Below, piece by piece: positions 39,302-51,160 of a DNA stretch of 64,000 nt. A model generated the notes under the pieces. It saw nothing but the letters and a program-made list of their open reading frames with translations, had not been told where the DNA came from and did no database searches. A program made the position numbers and the translations under genes. The stretch covers positions 39,246,001 to 39,310,000 of the forward strand of contig OX597828.1 of NCBI GenBank assembly GCA_951406725.2, read 5' to 3'. Origin of the DNA: Octopus vulgaris. Its lineage: Eukaryota. The first letter of the stretch is position 1, and every line of letters starts with the position of its first letter.

Positions 39302-39790
39302 GTGAACTGGAGCAATGTGAAATAAAGTATCTTGCTCAAGAACACAACATGTAGCCCAGTCCAGGAACTAAACTCCCAACCTCACGATCATAAGCTTGAC
39401 GCTCTAACTACTGAACCATGCACCTTTATAGTATTATATATATATACCAGAGTGAAGGCACATGACTCAGTGGTTAGACCATCGGGCTCACAATCATGAA
39501 GTAGTGAGTCTGATTCCCGAACCAGGCTGTGTTGTGTTCTTGAGCAAGACACTTTATTTCACATTGCTCCAGTTCACTCAGCTGTAGAAATGAGTTGTAA
39601 TACCACTGATGCTAAGCTGTATTGGCCTTTGCTTTCCTTTGAATAACATTATTGGCATGGAGAGGGGAGGCTGGTATGCATGGGTGACTGTGGTTTTCCA
39701 TAAACAACCTTGCTTGGACTAGTGCCTCAGAGGGGAACATTCCAGGTGCAATCCTACGGTCATTCATGACCGAAGGGGGTTTTTACCCTT
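39302..39790. mobile_element. Head-to-head pair of SINE family C (39302-39426 minus; 39455-39790 plus)
   Basis: GTGAACTGGAGCAATGTGAAATAAAGT.TCTTGCTCAAGAACACAAC is the reverse complement of 39530-39577. Confidence 0.85.
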
Positions 39791-40014
39791 TATGCCAGAT
39801 TCTGAAGGAAGCACCGAAAGTCAAATGAGATTTGTCTACCAACTTTTTTAAAATATACATAATCTCAACTGCGAACCAAAATCAAGTAAAAGACTTGGTT
39901 CAGTGAAAACTTCTCCCTGTTGCTTGAGAAACTTACAACTAAACTTGTCAAGCATTGATAAGGAAAATGATAGCAAACAGAAGATAACCTAAATGAAATT
40001 TTCAAAATCTTTCA

Positions 40015-40055
<41 letters not shown>

Positions 40056-40266
40056 CACATGTTTATTAAACTAACTGAAAGGACACAGGGTTGATGTTTC
40101 AATTTGTTGATTGTAAATAAGCTGTGATTTATCTTAGTTTGGAAGGAACAGATCCTTCTACGACTGGCCCCTGGACACACTAACAAGCATAGAGTTGAAG
40201 AAAACAGTGGTGTATATTTATATGATTTATATGATTTCAATACATGCACACACACACACACATGTA

Positions 40267-40306
<40 letters not shown>

Positions 40307-40522
40307 TGTGTGTGCACGCGCATGCATGTGCTTGTATAAGTAGGTTGACGGGAAGGCAAATGTGGGTTAACTTGTAAGTTATGCAAAAGCAGAATGTGGT
40401 TTGACAGAAAAAACAGAAACAGGAAAACTGAGGGAGCTCACAGGACTCACAGGATATATATATATATATATCCTGCAGAACCATTCTATCAGTTAAAAAC
40501 CATTTGCTTTGCCTCATAGTAT

Positions 40523-40567
<45 letters not shown>

Positions 40568-40569
<2 letters not shown>

Positions 40570-40666
40570 TCGTCGTCGTCGTCGTTTAACGTCCGTTCTC
40601 CATGCTAGCATGGGTTGGACGGTTCGACCGGGGTTCTGGGAAGCCAGAAGGCTGCACCAGGCTCCA

Positions 40667-40670
<4 letters not shown>
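40568..40670 (-). mobile_element. RTE 3'-end fragment with a (GAC)n tail
   Basis: (CGT)n TTAACGTCCGTTCTCCATGCTAGCATGGGTTGGAC. Confidence 0.8.
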
Positions 40671-40699
<29 letters not shown>

Positions 40700-40700
<1 letters not shown>

Positions 40701-41093
40701 TAGCAGTATCGCCCGGCGTTGCTTGGGTTTGTAAGGGAAATAACTATATAAGCATTTTTAGAGAGTTATAGCCAAAAAATAGCAAAAAAATGCATTAAAA
40801 ATGGGGAAAAAAATGATGGTAAATTTTTTTTAAATCGTTGACTCATCGTAGACATTTTTAGAGAGTTACTTCCCTTATATAATAGCGAAAAAATGCATTA
40901 AAATGGAAAAAAATTATGGTAATTTTTTTTTTAAATCGTAGACTCATCGTAGACGCGCGCTAATACCCAGAAGGGCTCGATATGAATCACGACTATAAGA
41001 TACCCGGTTTTGGTTAAACTGCACCGCAAAATGTGGGAGTAGTTAGGAATCTAAATCGTAGGAGACAGACACACAACCTCTCTTTTATATATA

Positions 41094-41097
<4 letters not shown>
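40700..41097 (-). mobile_element. Non-autonomous Helitron
   Basis: Minus-strand 3' end ACCCAAGCAACGCCGGGCGATACTG-CTAG|T (subterminal hairpin plus CTRR); 5' end T(G/C)TTTATATATAAAAG; inserted in (AT)n; internal ~100-bp tandem duplication. Confidence 0.75.
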
Positions 41098-41147
<50 letters not shown>

Positions 41148-41631
41148 GTAGAAAGATGGTAATTTGAGGTAGATATTAAGTCAGAGTTATATTGATTACA
41201 CAGAAGAAGAAAAAAAGAAAGGAAATCATACATTTCTGTGCTGATATTAAAAATTATAGGAAAGAAAGAGAGAGAGAAGGCATGAAGAGACAGTTTATGG
41301 ATTTATTAAAATGTCTATCAAATATCCTTCCTCCCATAGTGGAGGTGTAGGGGCTATTTTCTTTGGCAAATATTCATCATTCTGATAAAGAAGTATATTA
41401 CACCACTCTAATTCACTTCCATAATGATGATGCTGAGGAAAATGATTATGAAAATGAAGAGAAAATTAATGATGGTGATGATGATAATAAAGACCCTCCC
41501 GACTCAACACTCATCATCCAAGATGGATCTAGATGTAGTTCCTCCTGCAGATAAAGTTACAGGCTTTACTGCTCATTCTGCTTCCAACTCCACATTGTAC
41601 AACACACGTTACTCCTCCCAAGAAGTGTTTT

Positions 41632-41855
41632 GAGCTGGCAGAAACGTTAGCACGCCGGGCGAAATGCGTAGCCGTATTTCGTCCGCCATTACGTTCTGAG
41701 TTCAAATTCCGCCGAGGTCGACTTTGCCTTTCATCCTTTCGGGGTCGATAAATAAAGTACCAGTTACGTACTGGGGTCGATGTAATCGACTTAATCCCTT
41801 TGTCTGTCCTTGTTTGTCCCCTCTATGTTTAGCCCTTTGTGGGCAGTAAAGAAAT
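41632..41855 (+). mobile_element. SINE family B, young (CpG-rich), with poly(A)-signal-type tail
   Basis: GAGCTGGCAGAAACGTTAGCACGCCGGGCGAAATGC..TTTAGCCCTTTGTGGGCAGTAAAGAAATA. Confidence 0.9.
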
Positions 41856-42011
41856 ATATATACTATCAAGTACTATCAAGTTATGTAGCACTTCTATCAA
41901 GAGCTCATGTAGTGCCCCCTCTATTGATCAGTGTTTATCATGCATATGCAGATGCATGGAAATTCTTTTGAGGAAAACTAACAGTTGGCCATATAAACAA
42001 ACAAGGCTGGA

Positions 42012-42256
42012 TTATATTATTTACATTCAACGGATATTTGTCCTCATCTTGTTTGTTGTTAACATAACGTTTCGGCTGATATACCCTCCAGCCTTCTTCA
42101 GGTACCTTGGGGAAATTTGGAACTTAGGTTCTCATTCCTAAGGTATTTTTCGATGTTATTTTTATTCTTATTATTGTTCAGGTCACTGCTTGGAATCGAA
42201 CTCAGAATTTTGGGGGTTAGTAGCCTGCGCTCTTAACCACTACACCAAGTGCCCGT
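42012..42256 (-). mobile_element. tRNA-headed short element carrying a hammerhead ribozyme (retrozyme/SINE-like)
   Basis: A box TGGTGTAGTGG (42237-42247), B box GAGTTCGATTCC (42192-42203), A-rich linker, then a hammerhead core at 42061-42106. Confidence 0.7.
42061..42106 (-). ncRNA. Minimal type I hammerhead ribozyme motif
   Basis: GGTAC-CTGAAGA-A-GGCTG-GAGGGTATAT-CAGCC-GAAAC-GTT-ATGTT: intact CUGANGA and GAAA boxes, perfect 5-bp stem II, palindromic AACGTT stem III, weak stem I. Confidence 0.7.
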
Positions 42257-42811
42257 GGCTGGATTAAGACCCAGAGAGGCCCTAAGCAATTAAAAGCTCA
42301 TGGTGCCCCTATATATATGTAATTCAGAAGATAAACAATAATAAACCATAAAATAAATTTTCATTTTCCAAAATGAAACAAAACTAACAGTAAAATGGGA
42401 AATAAGGTTTGTTTTTGTGAACTTCCACTTTAACGCTTTCGTTACCAACCAGGCTGAAACCAGCTCTGAGTACAAATGTCTTGTTTTCATAAGTTTTGAA
42501 TTAAAATCTTCCACCAAACCTTAGTCACAATTTATGTTCCTAACACTAGCTGAATGATAGTTAAGTTATTTTACTAAATTCTTTGTTATATTTAAAGTAA
42601 CTTAAAGAAATACAGAGCATCTCAAAATAAATACAGACCTGTTAGTAAAAAGAACCGCTGTTGAGTTTGGTGTCTTTCGGGGCCTTCCTAAACCCACGAG
42701 CTAATTCACCATATGGTGTAGCTTCTACAAACATCATCCCTTGAAATATATCTGTCTCATATTGTGCATTTGCCCTGTTTGCTTTACCACAAATTCTCTG
42801 TCTTCTTTTCG

Positions 42812-43017
42812 ATTCTAGGCACAAGGCCTGAAATTTTGGGGGAGGGGGCCAGTTGATTAGATCGACCCCACTACGCAACCGGTACTTTATTTATCAACCC
42901 TGAAAGCATGAAAAGCAAAGTCAACTTTGGTGGAATTTGAACTCGGAATGTAAAGACAGACGAAATACCACTAAGCATTTCGCCTAGCATGCTAACATTT
43001 CTGCCAGCTTGCTGCCT
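42812..43017 (-). mobile_element. SINE family B
   Basis: Reverse complement of the B head, core and GGCCTTGTGCCTAG tail. Confidence 0.85.
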
Positions 43018-43521
43018 TAAATTCTCTGTTTTCTCTTCCATTGCTTGCCCCAGTATCTAGGGTGGGTTCCACTGGCATCCTTACTTATGATCTTATCTAA
43101 TTTCTTCCTAGCACATTGTTTTTAGATTAAGATGATTCATACTCATTCTAATATGTAATCTTACATATTGGAACAAGATGAGAAATTTAAGAGAGGGTAG
43201 AATAGCTGAGTCAACTCCAAGAAGATTTGAACTCAAAATGCAGAAGAGCAGAACTATACAAGAAATTCAGTTATGGTGCTGCTCTACTATTTCTGTCATC
43301 TTGCTGCTTTTAAAATGTTATCTAAAAAAATGCAGGAAACCATAAATTTAAATTTTCAATTTAACTGATTCCAATATTTGACCAATACATATTTCACGAA
43401 ATGGCAATAATCAACTATGGCATAATTTGAACTCAACTAAGAAGAGATATAGTAAAATATTACAAAGTATTTTGTCCATTACATTACTGTTTCTTCCATA
43501 AAAATAATAATAATAATAATA

Positions 43522-43781
43522 ATTGCCAATTATAGTTGGGTCCTTGGGGACAGTATCAAAAGGCATCAAGAGGAATATAAAGGAAATCGGAATAGAGTGC
43601 CCAGTAGAACTGTTACAAAAGGATTGCTTCCTTGGCATAACCAGAATAATCGGGAAAGTGTTAGATAGTTGAAAGGAACAGATAGCATGGTACCGTAGGC
43701 TGCAGGCAGCAAACCTGCTATGCATGCAAGATTCCAGGAGTTCCAATAAAACCCGAGTTAAAAAGAACAATAATAATAATG
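43522..43781 (+). mobile_element. R4/Dong-type LINE 3' end
   Basis: Translates LPIIVGSLGTVSKGIKRNIKEIGIECPVELLQKDCFLGITRIIGKVLDS*, the typical R4-clade C-terminus; then a short 3' UTR and (AAT)n tail. Confidence 0.8.
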
Positions 43782-44723
43782 AAGAGGAGGGAGAGGAAAA
43801 TGTCTTTATAATTTGTCCATAAAAGAATGATAAAAGAGTAAGATTTTTTTTCGCAAAAGAATGGTTATTCATTTATAGTGAAATATAATATTAAAGAGAT
43901 CAATGAAATATATGCTAAAAAATATTTTTAACCAAAAATAATTAAGACAGCAAAATTTTTTCAAGCCAAAAGAAAGCATCCACAACTGCCATTACCCAAT
44001 CAGTTCTTCATTGAATACTGAGATTTTAATAGAAAGTTAAAAAAAAAACATTGCATCCAGTAGTCAGCCCAAATTGAGAAAATTAAAGGTGTTAAGCCAA
44101 GACCATTTCTATCTTTTTCTATTATAAATAGTGAGTCTCAGATCACCTTATTCATTGTGACCATTTTTTTTTCTTTTTGTCAAGAAAATAAAATGATTGA
44201 AGAAAGAGGAGGGAGACCAAGCTGTTGTTTCTACCATTTTAAGTAATCGTGTAGAGCAGTCACAAACAAACTGTGGCCTGCAGGATTTTCTGAATGGCAT
44301 ACCTAGCGAACAATTACTTTGAATTTTTTTATTAGTGCAGCCTGCCTGATGATGAACCATGTCTCATGTGGCCTGCTTCTCGAAAAAGGTTGCCCATGCT
44401 GGATATGGAGGCTTCTTCATTGGTTGGTAATTGCATCCAGTTGTTGCTTAGCTCCAAATCAACCAGGATCTATGTTCAAAGGCATTCCAGTTATGACCAT
44501 CCCATCTTTATAAGGGTATATAGGAATATCTACATCATCTAATGCATCCTTTCTTCCCTTAAGTCAGTTGGGAGATGTGATTAGAGGGAGATGTGGCTAC
44601 CTTTCTTAGCAAGTCAAACAACTGCAGAGAGAGGTTCCAGCATTGGAATGTAACTGAATCCAGATTTGAGAATAGGAATTTACCCCAAATAAACTAACAG
44701 CTTTGGGGTTTTTTTGTTTTTCA

Positions 44724-45110
44724 GGCTGTGTGGTAAGAAACTAGCTTCCCAACGACATGGTTGTGAATTCAGTCCTACTATATAACACCTTGGGCAAGTA
44801 TCTTTTACTATAACCTCAGGCTGATCAAAGCCTTGAGAGTGGATTTGGTAGATGGAAACTGAAAGAAGCCTGTCATGTGTGTGTGTGTGTGTTTTTTGTG
44901 TCTGTGTTTACCTTCCCCCCCCCCACATACACTGCTTGACAACCGGTGTTGGTATGTTTACATCCCTGTAACTTAGCAGTTCAGCAAAACTGACTGATAG
45001 AATAAGTACCAGGATTAAAAAAAGAAACAAATACTGGGGTTGATTCTCTCAGCTAAAAACCCAAGGCAGGACCCAGCATGGTTGCAAATCTAATGACCGA
45101 AACAAGTTAA
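44724..45110 (+). mobile_element. SINE family A, diverged
   Basis: GGCTGTGTGGTAAG head through GACCGAAACAAGT tail. Confidence 0.8.
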
Positions 45111-45415
45111 AAAAAAAAAAATTAATTCCAGGAATGGTTATAAATGAAAAATACTCCATTTTTTTCACTAAGCGTTCAGTTGTCTGTTCTACATCTGTTT
45201 TACCATATTTGCATGGGTTAGATGAATATGCAGTTTAAGGCATTATCTTACAGCTGGATGCCCTTCCTGATGCTAATCCTAACTAGCTTTCCAAGAGATA
45301 AAGTATACATGAAAAAACTCCTTTATTTTATTATTTTCCATTTTTTTTTTCTTTTAGACAAGCAAGTAATTAATAAATTAACTTCCAGCATATCATTCCA
45401 ATTTAAAAAATTGAT

Positions 45416-45723
45416 TTAGATTTGATCTGAACCTATAAATGTGAAGCAGCAAGTTTGCTACAAAAAACATACAATCCAGTCATCTTACTTCCCATCCATG
45501 TGTGTGTGGAAGTATTTCTTTTGCATAAGCACAAGGTTGATTACTTTACAGAAATGAGAAAAGGGCTACTTAGATTTGATCTGAACCTGTAAATGTGAAG
45601 CAGCAAGTTTGCTACAAAAAACATACAATCCAGTCATCTTACTTCCCATCCATGTGTGTGTGGAAGTATTTCTTTTGCATAAGCACAAGGTTGATTACTT
45701 TACAGAAATGAGAAAAGGGCTAC
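45416..45723. repeat. 154-bp direct tandem duplication
   Basis: Copies at 45416-45569 and 45570-45723; one visible difference (ACCTATAAAT vs ACCTGTAAAT). Confidence 0.9.
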
Positions 45724-47396
45724 AGCTTGACTGAATCTGCAATGATATACTAGTGACATTTTATTTCATCAAACCACCCCAGAGTGGTATAAGGGGAAAA
45801 GTTAGTGCAGGCAGAATTTTAACTTAACCATTTTGATACCAACCCACCTCAGACTGCCTCCAGTTCCGTGACACAAAACAGGCCACTTTGAAGTGTTTAT
45901 GTTCAAGCCATTCCGCTTAATTCTATCAACAGAACTTTCTAAAACAGATTAACCATTTTAATACCAAACTCTCTGAGACCTTTTCTCAGTCTATAATATA
46001 AATTAGTTGCTTTAATGCAATTTAAATGAAAACCTTCCATTAAAATTTCATGTTTTACTCCAAACACCAGCTTAAAATATTTTACAAAATACTTTTTGAA
46101 GACAATGTATTTCAACAGAACTATGGTAATGAAACGGTTAATAAAGAAGTTGGTTATTTTACTGTGTCCTCCTTCATGGACAGTGAATTTCTTCATAAAT
46201 ATGGCTACAAAGGGTTAAAAGAAAAAGTAAGAATTTTCACTCAAAAGATCTATTTATCATTGTCGCCATTTCCTTCAAAACTGAATTAGTTTTCTTGCAT
46301 TGGCCACAAATGGACAGGAGGTTGAGAGGATAGAGTCAACTGAATTTACTTAATTGCATGCCTTACAACATAATTTACTGATCCCGGAGACAAGGAAAGC
46401 AATGTTAACACAAGCAGGATTTGAACTCAAAATGTATAGGAGATGCAACTAAATCTAAGAATGAAGTGCTCAGTTACACCAGGCATCTGATACAACTGCA
46501 CTTTTATTTAAAATATTAACAGAATCACACCACTAATGAAATTAAAGTTACTTAACTCAACTAATTTAGAATTAAAAAAAAAAGAATTATGAAATTAATT
46601 CAAGATTAGATAAGTGTTAAAAAAAAATGATATACTTTAATATTAGCAGACACCCATTCATGGGTTCAAACCCCACTGACGCTGACTTTGGTATTTATTT
46701 TATTAATCCCAGAAAAACAAAGAAATATTGGAAGTCAATATAAAAGTAACCTACCCACTAAAAAAAAAAAATATGTAGCTGTGTACCTATATATGAAATC
46801 AATATTAAATCTACTTTGATTCTATGACAATTTTTATTTGACAATCATATTCAGTTTAATAAACCAGTCAATATTATATTGATCACATTTAAGTGTGATA
46901 AATACAACCAGTTGTTTGATATTCCATAATCCAGGGTATCTACCGATGGGTAATTCAATACACATAGTGACTTGGACTTACTTTAAGGGAAGAGGAGAAA
47001 ATGGAAATTTGTGTTGGGTATACCTTTAGCCCCAACACCCAAGGAGTGGGGTTGGTTTAGAAATGTAACTGAATAGAAACTGGGTCGCAGATCCCGCTAA
47101 CCAAACCTGCCATCCACCTCGACTGCTTCCTCCCAGTCTACAGTTCTCATTACATCAAGTCAATAAATAAAGACAGAATGTTCAATTATGGAATAATGGT
47201 AATTTCTAAGAAAATAACGAGATCTTGAGAGAGAAAGAGAAAGACAGAGACAGAGAGGAGGGGAGAAAAAGAGAGAAGAGGAAAATTAATTAATTAGCCA
47301 AAATTAACGATAGTCAGAAAACAATATCTGAAGTAAACAATAAAAGCAATGATATATAACAACAACAATAACACGAAAAATACTTGTGTAACTTAC

Positions 47397-47404
47397 CCAG
47401 GCAT
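47397..47404 (-). CDS. Candidate first coding segment ATG CCT GG| (Met-Pro-Gly, phase 2) of an unidentified minus-strand gene; could be a uORF
   Basis: Minus strand TAA GTA ATG CCT GG|GTAAGT: consensus donor, purine at -3, in-frame upstream stop, at the end of a repeat-free CT-rich leader. Confidence 0.4.
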
Positions 47405-48280
47405 TACTTATAAAATCTGAGGGACCTGTAGTCCGAGAGAGAGAACTTGTTTTGGTTTTGTAGAGAAGAACTTGTTTTGGTTGGACGGGTGGACAGGCAG
47501 GTAGGGTGGGTGTTTGTTTGAATTGATGGAAATATTATTGAAGACAAAACAGAGAGAGCAGGCACAACACAGACATCTGGAGGGAGGGTTGGGTGTAGAG
47601 GTACCTGCTAAAAACCACCAAGTTAGCTATGTCCTAGCAAGACATGCTAAGTAGTGTTGTGTGTGTGTGAGAGAGAGAGAGAGAGTTGGAAGGAGAAGAG
47701 AGTAAGAAGGTGGGAAGGAAGGAAGGAAGGAAGGAAAAAAACAGTCTGCCTGCCTGAGACAATATTTCTGGTGTAGCTCCATCTGGGTTGTTAACCCTAA
47801 CTATATAACTGAATTGGGTAGAGAGAGAGAGAGCAAGAGGAGGAGAGAGAGACAGAGAGCAAAAGAAGTGTGTGTGTGTGTGAAGATAGAAAGAGAGGGC
47901 GGAGAAAGAGAGAGAGAGAGTAGAAAAGTGAGAAATAAAAGAAAATTGTATATTTGTATGTGTGAGAGAGAGAGAGAGGGAGAGAGAAAGATAGAGAGAG
48001 GGATGACATGTGAGGAGAAGGAAGATGGAATAAGCGAAGGAGGAAATCCTGGAAGTGGTAAGTATCTGCCACACACACACACACACCTTACCCACTCCCA
48101 CAACTGAGAGCAACAGGAAGGTAGGGACAGTCCTGCTTCAGCACACACACACACAAACACACTCACTTACACACACAAACCTACAGGCTGAAAATCAGCT
48201 GGGCAAAAGATGCAGGAAAAAAAAAAACAGATCAGAGAGCATGTTGATAGGGTAAAAAAAAAAAGAAAAAAAAGAAGAGA
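47405..48280 (-). promoter_or_regulatory. Putative promoter / 5' UTR island
   Basis: SINE-free; long GAGA/CT and CA tracts; Inr-like TCAGTT on the minus strand near 47807-47812 and 48102-48107; extra donor-like GG|GTAAGG near 48090. Confidence 0.5.
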
Positions 48281-48519
48281 AAAATGACACGCAAATGTTT
48301 ATACATACGCTCACACACACGCTGTGTGGATATGTATACATGCACACACAAACATACAAACACACGTATTTGTAAAGATATCTATGTATGCACGTGAAAG
48401 TGTTATGTATATATGCATGTATATCTATATCTGTCTATCTGTATCTGTATGCATGTAGATCGATCAAGCCGTGAGTTCAGTAAAAGCTAATATTTCACAA
48501 GTATAGTCTTCCTTTCTCA

Positions 48520-48574
<55 letters not shown>

Positions 48575-49423
48575 TTATTTATTATCTACTGTTCATATGG
48601 ATCTATGACTGAAAGCTCCCAAGCTACGCAGCAGTAAAAAAACACGAGGAAACTGGAATTCTGTCTCACAATACACACACACACACAAAACAAAAATGAA
48701 GTTATTATACATAAATTATGTAGGGGTTTGAAGAACCCCTCACCATCACCAGGGAGTGTTTGAACAAGTCACCAGAACTATAGCAAAAGACAATTTTTTA
48801 TTGATTGTTAAAACAGTTATTGTTTAGCCCAAGGTCAGAACTGACCAAGCAGAGCAATGATCAAAAACATTCCATCTGAGACCACCCGGTATTTTTTTTT
48901 TTATCTATGTGCACAGAACTCAGGATCATACCATCTAGACCGCTTTTTCTTCAAAGTTGGTAGGAAGTGATGAGGGAGATTTGGCTGCTATTTCCAGCAG
49001 GCAGAAAGACCATGTAAAGGCTCCGTCTTTTGCTTCGAACACCTGTGTTTTAGGTAAGTGGTGAATAAATGAACCTTGTAATACAATATTACTATACAAA
49101 CACACAATCAGTGAACTACCATATTATGCACACCCCATGGACAACATTACAACACATAATTACAGCACATCACACACACAGTATATACAATGTTAATACA
49201 CACATCCCGTCAGAGCAAACACGTCACAAATAATACACTCATACACAGTGTACCCAGGATGTATATAATGATGATAGTACAATGTGCACATATTTGATTG
49301 TGAAAGTGTGAATATTTATTTCCAGTGAGTGTACATAACACAACATAATACACAATGCAAAAATGAGTAAGCAAGTATTCTCAAACGCATGAAAAATATA
49401 TACATTTATATATACAATATAAA

Positions 49424-49472
<49 letters not shown>

Positions 49473-49566
49473 ACAAAGGGTAAAATTAATTAATTAAGAA
49501 GTAATAATTTCACCAAGTAGAATTCGGCATGAAAAAAGGACCATTTCATGGTAAACTTAAGTAATC

Positions 49567-49767
49567 CTTAATAATTAGGGTTCAGCAAAGATTTGCTTTA
49601 CCACATACCAAAGTTTAGAAATAGCAGCCAAAAAGGTTAGCTATTTCTTCTACTTTAAAAGGGGGAGTCCCTTTTTAAAGTAGAAGAAATAGCTAACGTT
49701 TTTTGGCTGCTATTTCTAAACTTCGGTATGTGGTAAAGCAAATCTTTGCTGAACCCTAATTATTAAG
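49567..49767. repeat. 201-bp near-perfect palindrome (~100-bp arms)
   Basis: CTTAATAATTAGGGTTCAGCAAAGATTTGCTTTACCACATACC...GGTATGTGGTAAAGCAAATCTTTGCTGAACCCTAATTATTAAG, centred on GGGGAGTCCC, with about 4 differences. Confidence 0.95.
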
Positions 49768-49776
49768 TGTGTATAA

Positions 49777-50111
49777 GGCGCATGGCTCAGTGGTTAGAGC
49801 GTTGAGCTTACGATCGTGAGGTTGTGAGCTCGAATCCCGGACCGGGCTGCGTGTTGTGTTCTCGAGCAAGGCACTTTATTTCACGTTGCTCCAGTTCACT
49901 CAGCTGTAGAAATGAGTTGCGATGTCACTGGTGCCAAGCTGTATCGACCTTTGTCTTTCCCTTGGATAACACTGGTGGTGTGGAGAGGGGAGGCTGGTAT
50001 GCATGGGCGACTGCTGGCCTTCCATAAACAACCTTGCCCGGACTTGTATCTAGGAAGGTAACTTTCTAGGTGCAATCCCATGGTCATTCATGACCGAAGG
50101 GGGTCTTTACC

Positions 50112-50114
<3 letters not shown>
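49777..50114 (+). mobile_element. SINE family C, full length, young
   Basis: tRNA head GGCGCATGGCTCAGTGGTTAGAGCG..GAGCTCGAATCCCGG; colinear with 39457-39790. Confidence 0.9.
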
Positions 50115-50180
<66 letters not shown>

Positions 50181-50352
50181 AAGCAGACATATATGTACAC
50201 ACACACAACAAATATATATATATTTATATATACACTCAAACACACATACACACAAAGCAGAAAGAATTTTATTTTAAAAAATTTGATTATATATATTATT
50301 ATTATTATCATCATTATTATTATTTTTATTTTTATTATCATCATTATCATCA

Positions 50353-50822
50353 AGGCGGCAAGCTGGCAGAATCGTTAGCTTGCTGGGTAAAATGCTTTGC
50401 AGCATTTCGGCTGTCTTTACATTCTGAGTTCAAATTCCACCAAGGTCGACTTTGCCTTTCACCCTTTCGGGGTCGATAAATTAAGTACCAGTTGCATACT
50501 AGAGTTGATCTAATCAACTGGCCTGCTCCCCACCAAAAATTTCAGGCCTTCTGCCTATAGTAGAAAAGATTATTATTATTATCATCATCATCATCAAGGT
50601 AGCAAGCTGGCAGAATTGTTAGCATGCTAGGCAAAATGGTTTGCAACATTTTGTCTGCCACTACGTTCTGAGTTCAAATTCCACCAAGGTTGACTTTGCC
50701 TTTCATCCTTTCAGGGTTGATAAATTAAGTACCAGTTGAATACTAGAGTCAGTGTCATCGACATATCCCTTCCCTAGAATTTCAGGCCCTGTGCCTTTAG
50801 TAGAAAGGATTATTATTATTAC
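50353..50822 (+). mobile_element. Two tandem SINE family B copies
   Basis: Copies at 50353-50580 and 50597-50822, each ending GTAGAAA.GAT(TAT)n. Confidence 0.85.
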
Positions 50823-50934
50823 TATTATTCAGTAGTGGTAGTAGTAGTTAGCAGAAGCAACAGAGAGACTTAAGAACCGAGAGTATTATGCATCAGCACT
50901 TATCAAACTATATATATATATAATTAAATGCTTC

Positions 50935-51160
50935 TGTGAGGAGATGCTGAAAAATTCCTGGCTTTAAGAGTATCACAAAAGGCCTGGTTGGAGGCCTAAC
51001 TTTCCAAGTTCTTTCAGAGGTCTTAGAAAAAAAATGACAGACTGCCGCAATAAGCGTGTGAATCTGAGAAAGGAGCATGTTCATAAAATCATAATTAACT
51101 GATGTTCCTGTATTTTCTTTTACCCAAAGCCAGGAACTTTTCAGCCCCAACTCCCGTCCT
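50935..51160 (-). mobile_element. Mariner-type MITE (family of 26408-26607)
   Basis: Reverse-complement similarity, including AAAATCATAATTAACTG..CCTGTATTTTCTTTTACCCAAAGC. Confidence 0.7.

Noticed and set aside
47634-48255. 95-159 aa ORFs in the promoter-like island
   Set aside because: Low-complexity GA/CT and CA translations.
49777-49850. tRNA gene-like sequences (also at 34662, 39457, 42180, 53347)
   Set aside because: Acceptor stems are incomplete and each continues into a repeat body; these are SINE heads, not tRNA genes.
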